This document shows positions 9,431 through 17,076 of a stretch of 64,000 bases of DNA, piece by piece. The notes beneath the pieces were generated by a model. The model saw only the letters and a program-made list of their open reading frames with translations, was not told the DNA's origin and ran no database searches. Each line of letters starts with the position of its first letter. Position 1 is the stretch's first letter. Origin of the DNA: Dehalococcoidia bacterium (GTDB lineage: Bacteria; Chloroflexota; Dehalococcoidia; UBA2979); contig WHSU01000014.1 of the NCBI GenBank assembly GCA_009379925.1, positions 18,611 through 82,610 of the forward strand, written 5' to 3'. Both the position numbers and the translations under genes were made by a program.

Positions 9431-10383
9431 TCACCGGTTCGGAGCTTGTGGAGGTTCAGGTGGCTCAGCAAAGGGCATCGCCGCATAGGCCATCTTGTTC
9501 TGAAGATTCAGATCTCGCGTCACCAGGATGACTGGAGTCCGCGCGTTGACCCGTGAGATCTCGAACGCCGTGGCAACGATGCGATCATCGTTGTTCTGTG
9601 CGTCGAGCCACGGAAAGGCACGTTCCATGTCCGGCTCCAACGCCGAAACCCGAAGGACGCTGATACCCTTCCGAAGGGGCACACCAGCGAGCACGTCCCC
9701 CTGCTTCGATACCCTTTGATGCGGCGGATCAGACTCTCCGCCTTGTCCCGAACTTCCTCGTTGCGATGCTCGATCTTTAGAGTGTCGAGTTCACCGATGA
9801 CGCTGGGCACCAGCTCGAGCGTGAATCGTGGATAGGGGTCGAAGTGCCAGTCCTCAAGTGAGGGATGCCACAGAAGCGCATTCGTGTCCGGAACGAGGAC
9901 TGCCGTACCATCGGCGCGGTCGTCCAGACCCGCAAGCAACGAGGCCCATAGGTCTAATGCGCGACCCGCGGCATTGAGCGCGGCCTCTGGGGTCTTGAAC
10001 CACGTCATGTAGCGCTGCTCGATGAGCGCTGACAGCGTAGATTGTCCCTCGTCGAACCTCTGCAGCTGATGGCTGGAGAGGCTGGCGCGAACGAGTGCCG
10101 CCAAGCGACCGTACTCGTCAAGCAGGCGTGTTTGATACCGACGTCCGTCGACGTTCAACGGCCTCCAAGCGTAGTGCGCACCGAGATATTGTACGCCGCG
10201 ACCTCTGGCGTTGATGTCCCTCAAGTCGTCCGACTGGTTCAGGAGGAAATGCCCAAGCTTCGCTCGGAGCTCCTCAATCTGCGCCAGAAGACGTGAAGAC
10301 AGGCTGTCCGTTCTTGTCTCGTCTACCCCAACGCCACCCGCAGGACCTAGCGATCCTCGATCCACCCTTGCCACCCGACTCAC
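9431..10383 (-). pseudogene. PIN-domain protein with N-terminal helical domain, frame broken at a C5/G5 run
   Basis: ORF 9520..10383 carries VLVPDTNALLWHP...VIGELDTLK...LIRRIKGYRSRG. ORF 9431..9694 continues (D)VLAGVPLRKGISVLRV...DDRIVATAFEI...PVILVTRDLNLQNKM in the next frame. The two meet at the homopolymer 9698-9702 (ccccc). Confidence 0.7.
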
Positions 10384-10455
10384 CGCATAGTCCTAGCTAC
10401 ATCCACTCGTCGAGCCGCAGTTCATGCAAATGGGCCGCGGCGTCCATTACTAACT

Positions 10456-10490
10456 ACAGACGGCTCATCCAAGCTGGATGAGCCGTCTGT
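10456..10490. repeat. perfect 16-bp inverted repeat (hairpin), 3-nt loop
   Basis: ACAGACGGCTCATCCA agc TGGATGAGCCGTCTGT, sitting in an AT-richer patch (cattactaact...aagtcttataccgttcaatggaatccgaatta). Confidence 0.85.
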
Positions 10491-10723
10491 AAGTCTTATA
10501 CCGTTCAATGGAATCCGAATTAGGCTCCCGGCGGGGCTCCCTGTCGGCTCCCTGGCTGCCCGGGTGACGAGCCCCGCACGTCCGGCCGCTCGCCAGGGTG
10601 ATGCGTGCTCGTCACCTCAAAGCCCGTCACGGCCGTCGCGGATCAGGAGCGTGATGCGGGGGCCCCGTGCGGCCGAGCTGCACGAACTCCGCGATCGCCT
10701 GCGCCGCCGGCCGCGGCAGCAGC

Positions 10724-11392
10724 TCAGGCATCCACTGCCAACGTCTCCCGACGCTGGGTTGCGCCGGACGTACCAGGGCGGAGGCGACTGAGGAAGCCCC
10801 CGTAGAACGACTCGCCAGTCCACCCCGTGCATCGCACGCAGCGGCTGTAGCCCGCCGCCTCAGCCTCCGCACACGAGATATCCACGGGCGCGCCTCCGCG
10901 GCCGCGCCCCAGCAGCGAGGGCACGGCGCACGAGTCCATGTGGTGCCAGTGATTGTCGGCGCCGAGGAAGCCGCCGCGGTCATGGCGGTCTTGCGCGGCG
11001 CCCATGACGTACTCGTGTGCCGCGTGTCCGCCGAGGTCGTGCTCGCAGCCGGCGCATGCGCCGTCCTGGTGCTCTCCCGGCAGATGGCCGCAGTACACGT
11101 TGGCGGTGACGATGGCAGCGTCAATGTGGGCGACGCCGACGGTCCCAACCACGTGGGCGCACCCGCGCTGGCCGTACTCCGGTTCCCCGGCGATGTAGCT
11201 CAGCTGCTCGAGGACGTCCGCCAGGAGCGCCACCTCGCGGGCTGAGACGACCGCCCCTGTGTGCGCCGACTCGAAGATGCGCTCGGTCATGTCGTCGCCG
11301 AAGTCGCGCACCAGGTCGATCGCGTCCGGCTGCTGCTGCATGAGGGCATCGACGGCTGCCGCGTGAAGGGTTGTCTGGGTGATCCGTGTCAC
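10724..11392 (-). CDS. hypothetical Cys/His-rich protein (222 aa)
   Basis: The ORF carries several C/H clusters (CGHLPGEHQDGACAGCEHDLGGHAAHE; NHWHHMDSC; SCAEAEAAGYSRCVRC). No family recognised. Confidence 0.45.
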   Translation of the reverse strand: MTRITQTTLHAAAVDALMQQQPDAIDLVRDFGDDMTERIFESAHTGAVVSAREVALLADVLEQLSYIAGEPEYGQRGCAHVVGTVGVAHIDAAIVTANVYCGHLPGEHQDGACAGCEHDLGGHAAHEYVMGAAQDRHDRGGFLGADNHWHHMDSCAVPSLLGRGRGGAPVDISCAEAEAAGYSRCVRCTGWTGESFYGGFLSRLRPGTSGATQRRETLAVDA

Positions 11393-11450
11393 GGCGCGGG
11401 TCCTTTCGGGAAGCCACTACGGGCGGTCGGCGAGGCAAGTCTCCGGCCGC

Positions 11451-11651
11451 CTACTTCGTTGTTCGGAGCCCCCTAAGCGCGAGCGGGACCGTCCCGGGGA
11501 TCCCCACCTCGCCGGACAACCAGCGGTAGACGGTGGAGCGGCTGACGTGGAGCTCCACGGCGAGCTGGGTCACCGTGTACGGGCTCCGGCCGATCCACTG
11601 CTTCAACTCTTCCGGGCTCATCGTGTCCCAATATGCGACAACAGGCGACAT
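11451..11651 (-). CDS. small HTH DNA-binding protein (Cro/excisionase-like)
   Basis: 66 aa. YTVTQLAVELHVSRSTVYRWLSGE is a clear helix-turn-helix. Confidence 0.7.
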   Translation of the reverse strand: MSPVVAYWDTMSPEELKQWIGRSPYTVTQLAVELHVSRSTVYRWLSGEVGIPGTVPLALRGLRTTK

Positions 11652-11655
11652 CGCG

Positions 11656-11961
11656 TCAAGCTTTGTCCTGGCGGCGCCGGTCCTTGCGGAGGGTGTCGGC
11701 CGGCACGCGCACGCGGCGCCCGTCCCTGCGGATGCGGTAGAGGTTCACCGGGTCAGGGACCGCACGCGCCCGCCGCCAGGCCCAGACAACGCGCGGGCTG
11801 ACGCCGGTCAGGCGCGCGATCAGGCCGTCGCTGAAGCCCGGATACCGCTCCAGCATGCGGCGGGCAACCAGGGCACGCCCGGCCGCCGTCGCCAGCGGCC
11901 CGAGGTGGTCTTCCGGCTGCCGGCTGAGCCGGTCCACATACTCGTCATCCACGACAGGCAT
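11656..11961 (-). CDS. small HTH DNA-binding protein
   Basis: Start taken at MPVVDDEYVDRL (ATG, complement of 11959-11961) so that the palindromes at 11990-12085 stay non-coding. The HTH-like segment is FSDGLIARLTGVSPRVVWAWRRA. Confidence 0.55.
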   Translation of the reverse strand: MPVVDDEYVDRLSRQPEDHLGPLATAAGRALVARRMLERYPGFSDGLIARLTGVSPRVVWAWRRARAVPDPVNLYRIRRDGRRVRVPADTLRKDRRRQDKA

Positions 11962-11989
11962 CACCGCTCTCCTCCGCGATCTGCTGATG

Positions 11990-12085
11990 CCCGCGAATCG
12001 CGGGCCTCCGCAATCTGCGGATATGTGACTTTCTCCCACATCCGCAGATTGCGGAACGCTTCACCGAAGTGTTACTTAGTAACAC
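11990..12085. promoter_or_regulatory. operator cluster in a divergent control region (three different perfect dyads)
   Basis: CCCGCGAaTCGCGGG (11990-12004). TCCGCAATCTGCGGAT (12007-12022) inverted against ATCCGCAGATTGCGGA (12040-12055), each holding a CCGCA-N3-TGCGG dyad, with centres ~33 bp apart. GTGTTACTtAGTAACAC (12069-12085). Confidence 0.6.
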
Positions 12086-12187
12086 CCTGCGTGCCGTTCA
12101 GAAACTGACCGCAGGGGCGCGCCGCTGAGTCGGGAAGCGTTCGCCGCGACCATCGGGATCTGGCCCTCCGAGAGGTGCCGCCGCGCG

Positions 12188-12274
12188 ATGTTCGCGGTCG
12201 CCGCGACCGCCGTCATCGCCAAGCGGCTGACGTGGGAGTACCTGACGCAATCGGGAGCACAAAGCCCCGCGTAA
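12188..12274 (+). CDS. possible 28-aa hydrophobic peptide
   Basis: Own translation gives MFAVAATAVIAKRLTWEYLTQSGAQSPA*, with GAGAGG 12 nt upstream. It is too short for the ORF track and is speculative. Confidence 0.2.
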   Translation: MFAVAATAVIAKRLTWEYLTQSGAQSPA

Positions 12275-12295
12275 GCGGGAAGGGAGAGGTAAGCG

Positions 12296-12426
12296 TGGTC
12301 GACAAGAAACCACCAAGAGAGCCGACACCTTGCGAGAAGTTCCGCGCGCTCGCAAAGCGCGTCGTGAATACTCCAACGCCGCAGAAGCCTCCGAAGGATG
12401 AGAAAGAGCGGCGCGCATCAGCGTGA
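12296..12426 (+). CDS. possible small basic protein (43 aa)
   Basis: GTG start preceded by GGGAGAGGTAAGC. Sequence VVDKKPPREPTPCEKFRALAKRVVNTPTPQKPPKDEKERRASA. Confidence 0.3.
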
Positions 12427-12465
12427 CCACTCGTCAAAGACTTCACGATCGGGTGGAGATGCACC

Positions 12466-13266
12466 GTGGTCGACATTCTCGACGATGCTAGGTTCCAATT
12501 CGACTCTGCGGAAGAACAACTCGATACCGTCGATGAACTCATTAGCGAGTTCCTCAAGAACGATCCGTATTCCTACGTGGTCGAGCGCAATCGCGTAACG
12601 GGCGAATACCTGTTCCGCGCGATCATCCGCGCGCATCCGGATCGGCGTCTCGTTAAGGTGATCGGGGATACTCTTCGCGACCTCAGAGTCGGACTCGACT
12701 ACGCCGCCCACGCTCTGTCCGAGATCGGGCATCCCGCTCCTGCTGGCACCGAGTTCCCAATCTTTTGGGATGGCGGGCGGTTCAAGGAGCTGGACGGTAA
12801 AGGCGAACCCAAGCGCGGTAGCGGGCTCTACAAAATCCGAGGCATGGATGCTCCCGTACAAGCAGCGATCCAAGGGTTGCAGCCGTTCATGGAAAGTCCC
12901 GGAGATCCGAAGGCCCATCCCCTGTGGATGCTCCACGATCTCGACATCGCCGCGAAGCACAAAAAGCCACTCGTTACCGGCGCGGTTGCGCACGTAGGCA
13001 TGGGGCTCGCTAACGGCTACATCAGCAGCATGAGCATCAGCAACGCGACCGCGGCGATCAAACCGGGGGCGTTTCATGACCGCGCAATAGTCGGTCGCAT
13101 CCTTGCTGCGCCCGATACGAATGTGAGTGTGAATCTCATACCGACCTACGACGTAGCCTTCGATCAGGCAGGCCCCGGCAGGGGAGAAATGGCACGTGGC
13201 GCACTCCGACGCCTTGTGCAACATGTCAAAGTCAATGTCCTCACCGAGTTGGAAAAACTCATCTAG
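12466..13266 (+). CDS. hypothetical protein (266 aa), lower-GC cargo gene
   Basis: Balanced K/E/D-containing composition, with motifs IGDTLRDLRVGLDYAAHAL and PLWMLHDLDIAAKHKKPL. An almost co-extensive antisense ORF (12418..13326) exists, so the strand choice is not certain. Confidence 0.5.
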   Translation: MVDILDDARFQFDSAEEQLDTVDELISEFLKNDPYSYVVERNRVTGEYLFRAIIRAHPDRRLVKVIGDTLRDLRVGLDYAAHALSEIGHPAPAGTEFPIFWDGGRFKELDGKGEPKRGSGLYKIRGMDAPVQAAIQGLQPFMESPGDPKAHPLWMLHDLDIAAKHKKPLVTGAVAHVGMGLANGYISSMSISNATAAIKPGAFHDRAIVGRILAAPDTNVSVNLIPTYDVAFDQAGPGRGEMARGALRRLVQHVKVNVLTELEKLI

Positions 13267-13341
13267 CGACTCGTCGTCTGCGTTCGCATCGCATGGCCGA
13301 TCGACCCCTTCGAGTATATTAGCCAAGGTAAGCTATTCTCC

Positions 13342-13632
13342 TCACCACGGGTGCACCTCCTCGACCTCAGCCGCCCGTGCGGCCTTCGACGCCGGCACGT
13401 CGCCGGCCAGCTCCGCCAGTACGACGATCGCCTGCGCCATGAACAGCAGCCGGCGCTCGATGTGGATGTCCCGTGCGAGGTCGCGGCCCATCTGCTCGCC
13501 AGCGCCGTCGCGCTTGAACGTCGGGACCTCGACGCCAGGCGGCAGCAGCCCGGCCAGCTCCTGCAGGACGGCGTGCACCTCCGCCTGGGCTTCGGCGCGA
13601 CGCTTCATGAGACTCGGAACCGATGCCATCAA
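13342..13632 (-). CDS. hypothetical protein (96 aa)
   Basis: ORF in the minus-strand operon. Its start overlaps the stop of the upstream ORF by 4 nt. Confidence 0.45.
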   Translation of the reverse strand: MMASVPSLMKRRAEAQAEVHAVLQELAGLLPPGVEVPTFKRDGAGEQMGRDLARDIHIERRLLFMAQAIVVLAELAGDVPASKAARAAEVEEVHPW

Positions 13633-13856
13633 CTCACCTCCGGTGTGTCCGTCTTCAGCATGTGGAGCATGGCGGTGCGGATGCGCGCCACCGCCGCGAG
13701 GCGCCGGACCTCAAGCTCGGGATCAGTCATCGGTGCGAGGCACCCATCCCGCACGGCCATGCCGTAGTAAGCGACCGCGACGGCCTGTTCCGGCGATAGG
13801 CCGGGCTTCCGCGACAGCCGCTCGACGATCGAAGCCGCATCGGACCATGGCGACAT
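13629..13856 (-). CDS. hypothetical protein (~75 aa)
   Basis: Start chosen at MSPWSDAASIVERL (complement of 13854-13856). The upstream part of ORF 13629..13925 is Arg-rich. Confidence 0.4.
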   Translation of the reverse strand: MSPWSDAASIVERLSRKPGLSPEQAVAVAYYGMAVRDGCLAPMTDPELEVRRLAAVARIRTAMLHMLKTDTPEVS

Positions 13857-13890
13857 CGAGGCTTTCGTCGTCCATCTGCACCGCTCCCCG

Positions 13891-14103
13891 TTAGACCGCC
13901 GCCTCCGCTGCGACGGTCTCCGCAATCAGCCCCAGCGCGTCGAGCACGTAGGTCTCGAATGCGAAGGGCTCATCGACGTTCGGCCGCGTCCACACCGGCG
14001 GGTCCGGTGTGGACGGCGCGACGGCCGCAACGTCGGCCAGCGCGGCCGCCAGTCGGTCCACGGCCGCCTCGCGGGCGACCTTCAAGACATCTCGGTCGGT
14101 CAT
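13891..14103 (-). CDS. hypothetical protein (70 aa)
   Basis: Acidic, Ala-rich ORF in operon context. Confidence 0.4.
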   Translation of the reverse strand: MTDRDVLKVAREAAVDRLAAALADVAAVAPSTPDPPVWTRPNVDEPFAFETYVLDALGLIAETVAAEAAV

Positions 14104-14113
14104 CTCGTGCCTC

Positions 14114-14497
14114 CTACATCCGTGCGCGCATGAGGCGCGGGTGGTTGCGCGGGTTGGACTCCGCTTCGATCAGCTCCGCCTTGATCTGCGGCCACCGCTT
14201 CGCGAACTCAGATTCCAGCCCGCCGGCGTCCAACCAGCGCGTGAGGTGCACCTCGCGGGCGGCCTCCAGCCGCTGGGCCTGGCGCTCCCGGTCCGCCTCG
14301 CGGGCGGCCGCAGCCTCGCGGTAAGCGCGCTCCGTGCGCTCCAACAGGTCGTGGAGCTGCTCCAGCCGCCGCTCCGAGCGGGCCGCCGCGTTGCGCCCGG
14401 CCTGGTGGCTGCGGTCGAAGCCGTCCCGAAGGGCGACCTCCGCCTGGATGTCGGCGCGGACGTCGTCAGGCGTCCGGTCCCGGTCGTTCATGCTCAT
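14114..14497 (-). CDS. hypothetical coiled-coil protein (127 aa)
   Basis: Charged heptad-like region ERRLEQLHDLLERTERAYREAAAAREADRERQAQRLEAAREV. It starts 8 nt after the TerL stop. Confidence 0.45.
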   Translation of the reverse strand: MSMNDRDRTPDDVRADIQAEVALRDGFDRSHQAGRNAAARSERRLEQLHDLLERTERAYREAAAAREADRERQAQRLEAAREVHLTRWLDAGGLESEFAKRWPQIKAELIEAESNPRNHPRLMRARM

Positions 14498-14505
14498 TCC
14501 CCTCG

Positions 14506-16110
14506 CTATCCCGCCCTCGTGTGTTGCAGACGGTCGATTGCCCGCTTCGATGCCGACAGCGGCACCACCTCCCGCACCCGGTACGCCTCCGCCCGCGCGT
14601 GGAACCCCTGCGCCACGTAGTGCTCCAGAAAAAGCACCGCCTGGACCAGGCTGTCCACCTGGTCGTCATGCGCCGCCGAGGGGAACGCGAAGAGCTCCGC
14701 CTCAAAGTCCGCCAGCCACGGCACCGCTTCGGACGGGTGAGGCAACAGCACGCAGCCGTTCCGCACCCAGACCGCCGCCTGCGACGCGCGGTACTCCTTC
14801 GAACCACCGGGCTCGAAGGGCAGCAGCATCCGCGCCAGCCAGTCCGGCGCCGACGCCCGCAGCGTTTGGAGCGCCGAGATGCCGCTGCCCTTGTCCTCAA
14901 TCAGCACGCCGCGCAACTTCAGGTCCCGGTTATAACGACGCCCGATCGCCTCGATGGTGCCGGGCAAGTCCGGGAACTGGAGCCGCTCCCGGTAGACCTC
15001 ACGCACGAGCAGCCGGTAGTCGGGCAGCATCTCGACCACGCACACCGCCGTGTAGTCGGAGCTGATGGTGTCCTTCATCGCGCTGTCGACGGAGATCCAG
15101 CGCCCCACACAGAGGTTGGCCGGACCGCCGTCCTCCGCGTCATACCGCAGACCCGCGAGCCACTCCCGGCGGAACGTCGCGCCCTCGCGGGCCACCGGGT
15201 GCTGCTGGTACAACGCGTCGAAGTCGACGCTTGACGCCCGCACTTTTTCGAGGCGGCTCAACGGATACCGCGCCGGCCACAAGGCCTCGCCCACCTCGCG
15301 GCCCAGCGGGTCCCCCGCCTCCGCGATGGCCGGCAGCCGCAACACCGTCCACCCCGCGAGGTCCGCGTCCAACGCACGCCCCGCCAGGTCGTCGAGGTGC
15401 CAGCGCGTCATCGAAAACACGATGGCCTGCGGGTCCTCAAGGCGCGTCTGCGCGACGTCGTTGAGCCACTCCCACGTGGTCTCGCGGTAGGTGACGCTGT
15501 CCGCCTCCCGCCGGTTCTTTACCGGGTCATCCACGATGAGCACGTTCGCGCCCGAACCCGTGATCCCGCCGCCCACGCCCGCTGCCAGGTAGCCGCCGTC
15601 CCGCCCTTCGATGTTCCACTCGCTCGCCGCGCTGGCGTCGTCAGCGACCCGCACGCCCGGGAACACGGTCGCGAAGTCCGGATGCGAGAGCAGGTTGCGC
15701 GCCCGCCGCCCGAAGCCGTTCGCCAGCCGCTGCGTGTGGCTGGCGGCGATGATGCGGCGGTCCGGGTGCCGCGCCAGGTACCACGTCGGGAAATGCACGC
15801 TGACGAGCTGCGACTTCCCGTGTCGTGGCGGAATCTCGATGAGCAGGCGCTCGATCTCGCCACGCTCCACCGCCTCCAGGGCCTCCGCGATGGCCACGTG
15901 CACGGCCGTCGGCCGGTAGTCGCGGTGCGTGATACCCACGAACGGCAGTAGGGAGTCCCGCGCAGCGTCCCGCGCCCATGGCATCACCACCCGGCACGCC
16001 GGACAGCGCGCGTCCTCTGGCGTCGCCCGGCCGTGGTCACAGTCCGAGGCGCGCTTCGTCTCCGAGGCCAGCCGTCCGACGCGGCGCTTCAGGCTGCCGT
16101 CGTTGCTCAC
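14506..16110 (-). CDS. terL: phage terminase large subunit
   Basis: 534 aa. ATPase region IEIPPRHGKSQLVS (Walker A-like) ...ANVLIVDDPVKN (Walker B-like), then SMTRWHLDDLAGRAL, and a nuclease-domain tail ending FPSAAHDDQVDSLVQAV typical of TerL. The GTG start overlaps the upstream stop (GTGA). Confidence 0.85.
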   Translation of the reverse strand: MSNDGSLKRRVGRLASETKRASDCDHGRATPEDARCPACRVVMPWARDAARDSLLPFVGITHRDYRPTAVHVAIAEALEAVERGEIERLLIEIPPRHGKSQLVSVHFPTWYLARHPDRRIIAASHTQRLANGFGRRARNLLSHPDFATVFPGVRVADDASAASEWNIEGRDGGYLAAGVGGGITGSGANVLIVDDPVKNRREADSVTYRETTWEWLNDVAQTRLEDPQAIVFSMTRWHLDDLAGRALDADLAGWTVLRLPAIAEAGDPLGREVGEALWPARYPLSRLEKVRASSVDFDALYQQHPVAREGATFRREWLAGLRYDAEDGGPANLCVGRWISVDSAMKDTISSDYTAVCVVEMLPDYRLLVREVYRERLQFPDLPGTIEAIGRRYNRDLKLRGVLIEDKGSGISALQTLRASAPDWLARMLLPFEPGGSKEYRASQAAVWVRNGCVLLPHPSEAVPWLADFEAELFAFPSAAHDDQVDSLVQAVLFLEHYVAQGFHARAEAYRVREVVPLSASKRAIDRLQHTRAG

Positions 16111-16400
16111 GGCGGCGCCCCTTCAGGAATGCCCGTAGCGGTCTCACCATTGACCCGCAGCGCCGTCGCCCACGCGGAGCGGCCCTCAGTGCCAGTCCGC
16201 ACGTGTAGCGGCTCTCTGGGCTTGCCGTGCGGTGCCGCGAATCGCTTCACGGGAATGCACCGCCGGGCGTCCGCCGGCCCGGTGCGGTGGCGGTCGAATG
16301 CCGTCACGCTGTTGAACTGCTCGTGGCAACTCACGCAGTGCGCCTGGGCCGCCGCACTCCACGCGCGCTCGCAAGTGCCGCATCGGGCCAGCACGCTCAT
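16107..16400 (-). CDS. small zinc-finger phage protein (97 aa)
   Basis: CGTCERAW...HCVSCHEQFNSVTAFDRHR is the Cys/His motif with FDRH common in high-GC phage genomes. GGGAGCC lies 5 nt before the ATG. Confidence 0.55.
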   Translation of the reverse strand: MSVLARCGTCERAWSAAAQAHCVSCHEQFNSVTAFDRHRTGPADARRCIPVKRFAAPHGKPREPLHVRTGTEGRSAWATALRVNGETATGIPEGAPP

Positions 16401-16403
16401 TGC

Positions 16404-16424
16404 AGGCTCCCGGGTAGGCTCCCG
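16404..16424. repeat. tandem AGGCTCCCGG motif pair (element-specific repeat, copy 2)
   Basis: aggctcccgggtaggctcccg, nearly identical to 21097-21116 (aggctcccggtaggctcccg). They differ by one G in a G-run. Confidence 0.8.
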
Positions 16425-16506
16425 CTGCGACCGACCGCGGCGCGAACGCCAGCGCTGGCAACCGCGCCGTCGTGAGACGCCGCAGTTCCTGGGCTCGCGG
16501 CGGCCC

Positions 16507-16899
16507 TCACGACGCGCCCTCTTCCGCTTCGCGGGCGAGCTCGATGCGGCGCACCCGCTCCTCGAGCTCGCCGTGCGAGAACACCTGAACCATCGCGCGG
16601 GCCACCGATGCCATGGCCTGTGCCTGCGCCGGGCTGATGGCCTTGCTGCGCACGTCCCGCAGCGCGTCCTCCAGCTCCGCGAAGATGGGCACGAGCTGCG
16701 TCGGTGTCGCCTTCCGGAGGCGCATCAGGCGGCTGCTGTTGCGTCCGCCCCGCTGCCGCGCCTCCACTCGGAGGGCCTGGAGGCTGGGGCTGTGGGCGAA
16801 GCAGTAGTGGTCATCCGCCAGCCGCGCGGCCCGGCAGGGCTGTCCATCGGCTCGCGTGGATTCGCAGCGGTCGCCGTCGCTGGCGAAGTCGTCGGTCAT
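16507..16899 (-). CDS. terminase small-subunit-like / DNA-recognition protein (130 aa), tentative
   Basis: Its own ATG (complement of 16897-16899) has GGAGG 5 nt upstream. The N-terminal metal-knuckle is DGDRCESTRADGQPCRAARLADDHYCFAH, followed by a helical tail. It sits just upstream of TerL. It is nested in-frame in the 709-aa ORF 16507..18636. Confidence 0.5.
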   Translation of the reverse strand: MTDDFASDGDRCESTRADGQPCRAARLADDHYCFAHSPSLQALRVEARQRGGRNSSRLMRLRKATPTQLVPIFAELEDALRDVRSKAISPAQAQAMASVARAMVQVFSHGELEERVRRIELAREAEEGAS

Positions 16900-16974
16900 G
16901 GGGTCGCCTCCGGGTGGTCGAGTATTGAGTGAGCGTGGCCCTCGTCCGGCGGGGAACAGTCGGCCGCGTCCCAC

Positions 16975-17075
16975 GTGTTCCCGGTTCCCCGACCGTTCCC
17001 CGTTCCTATAGGAAGGGGAACGGGGGAACGGTCGTCGGCGGTTCCCGGGGAACGGTGGGGGAACGGTGGAACGCT
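16975..17075. repeat. iteron array (candidate ori or pac site)
   Basis: GGGGAACGG at 17015, 17023, 17047 and 17058, plus a degenerate GGAACGC at 17068. Inverted copies are CCGTTCCCC at 16993, CCGGTTCCCC at 16981 and GTTCCC at 16977 and 17041. They flank a TATAGG centre (17007-17012). Confidence 0.65.
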
Positions 17076-17076
17076 G

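Noticed and set aside
8607-9434. 275-aa minus-strand ORF antisense to hicAB
   Set aside because: It has an Arg-rich composition. The plus strand encodes recognisable HicA and HicB with an ATGA overlap.
12418-13326. 302-aa minus-strand ORF antisense to the 266-aa cargo ORF
   Set aside because: Not fully excluded. I preferred the plus strand because it forms a compact module with SD-preceded upstream small ORFs and has a more balanced composition. Expression data are needed.
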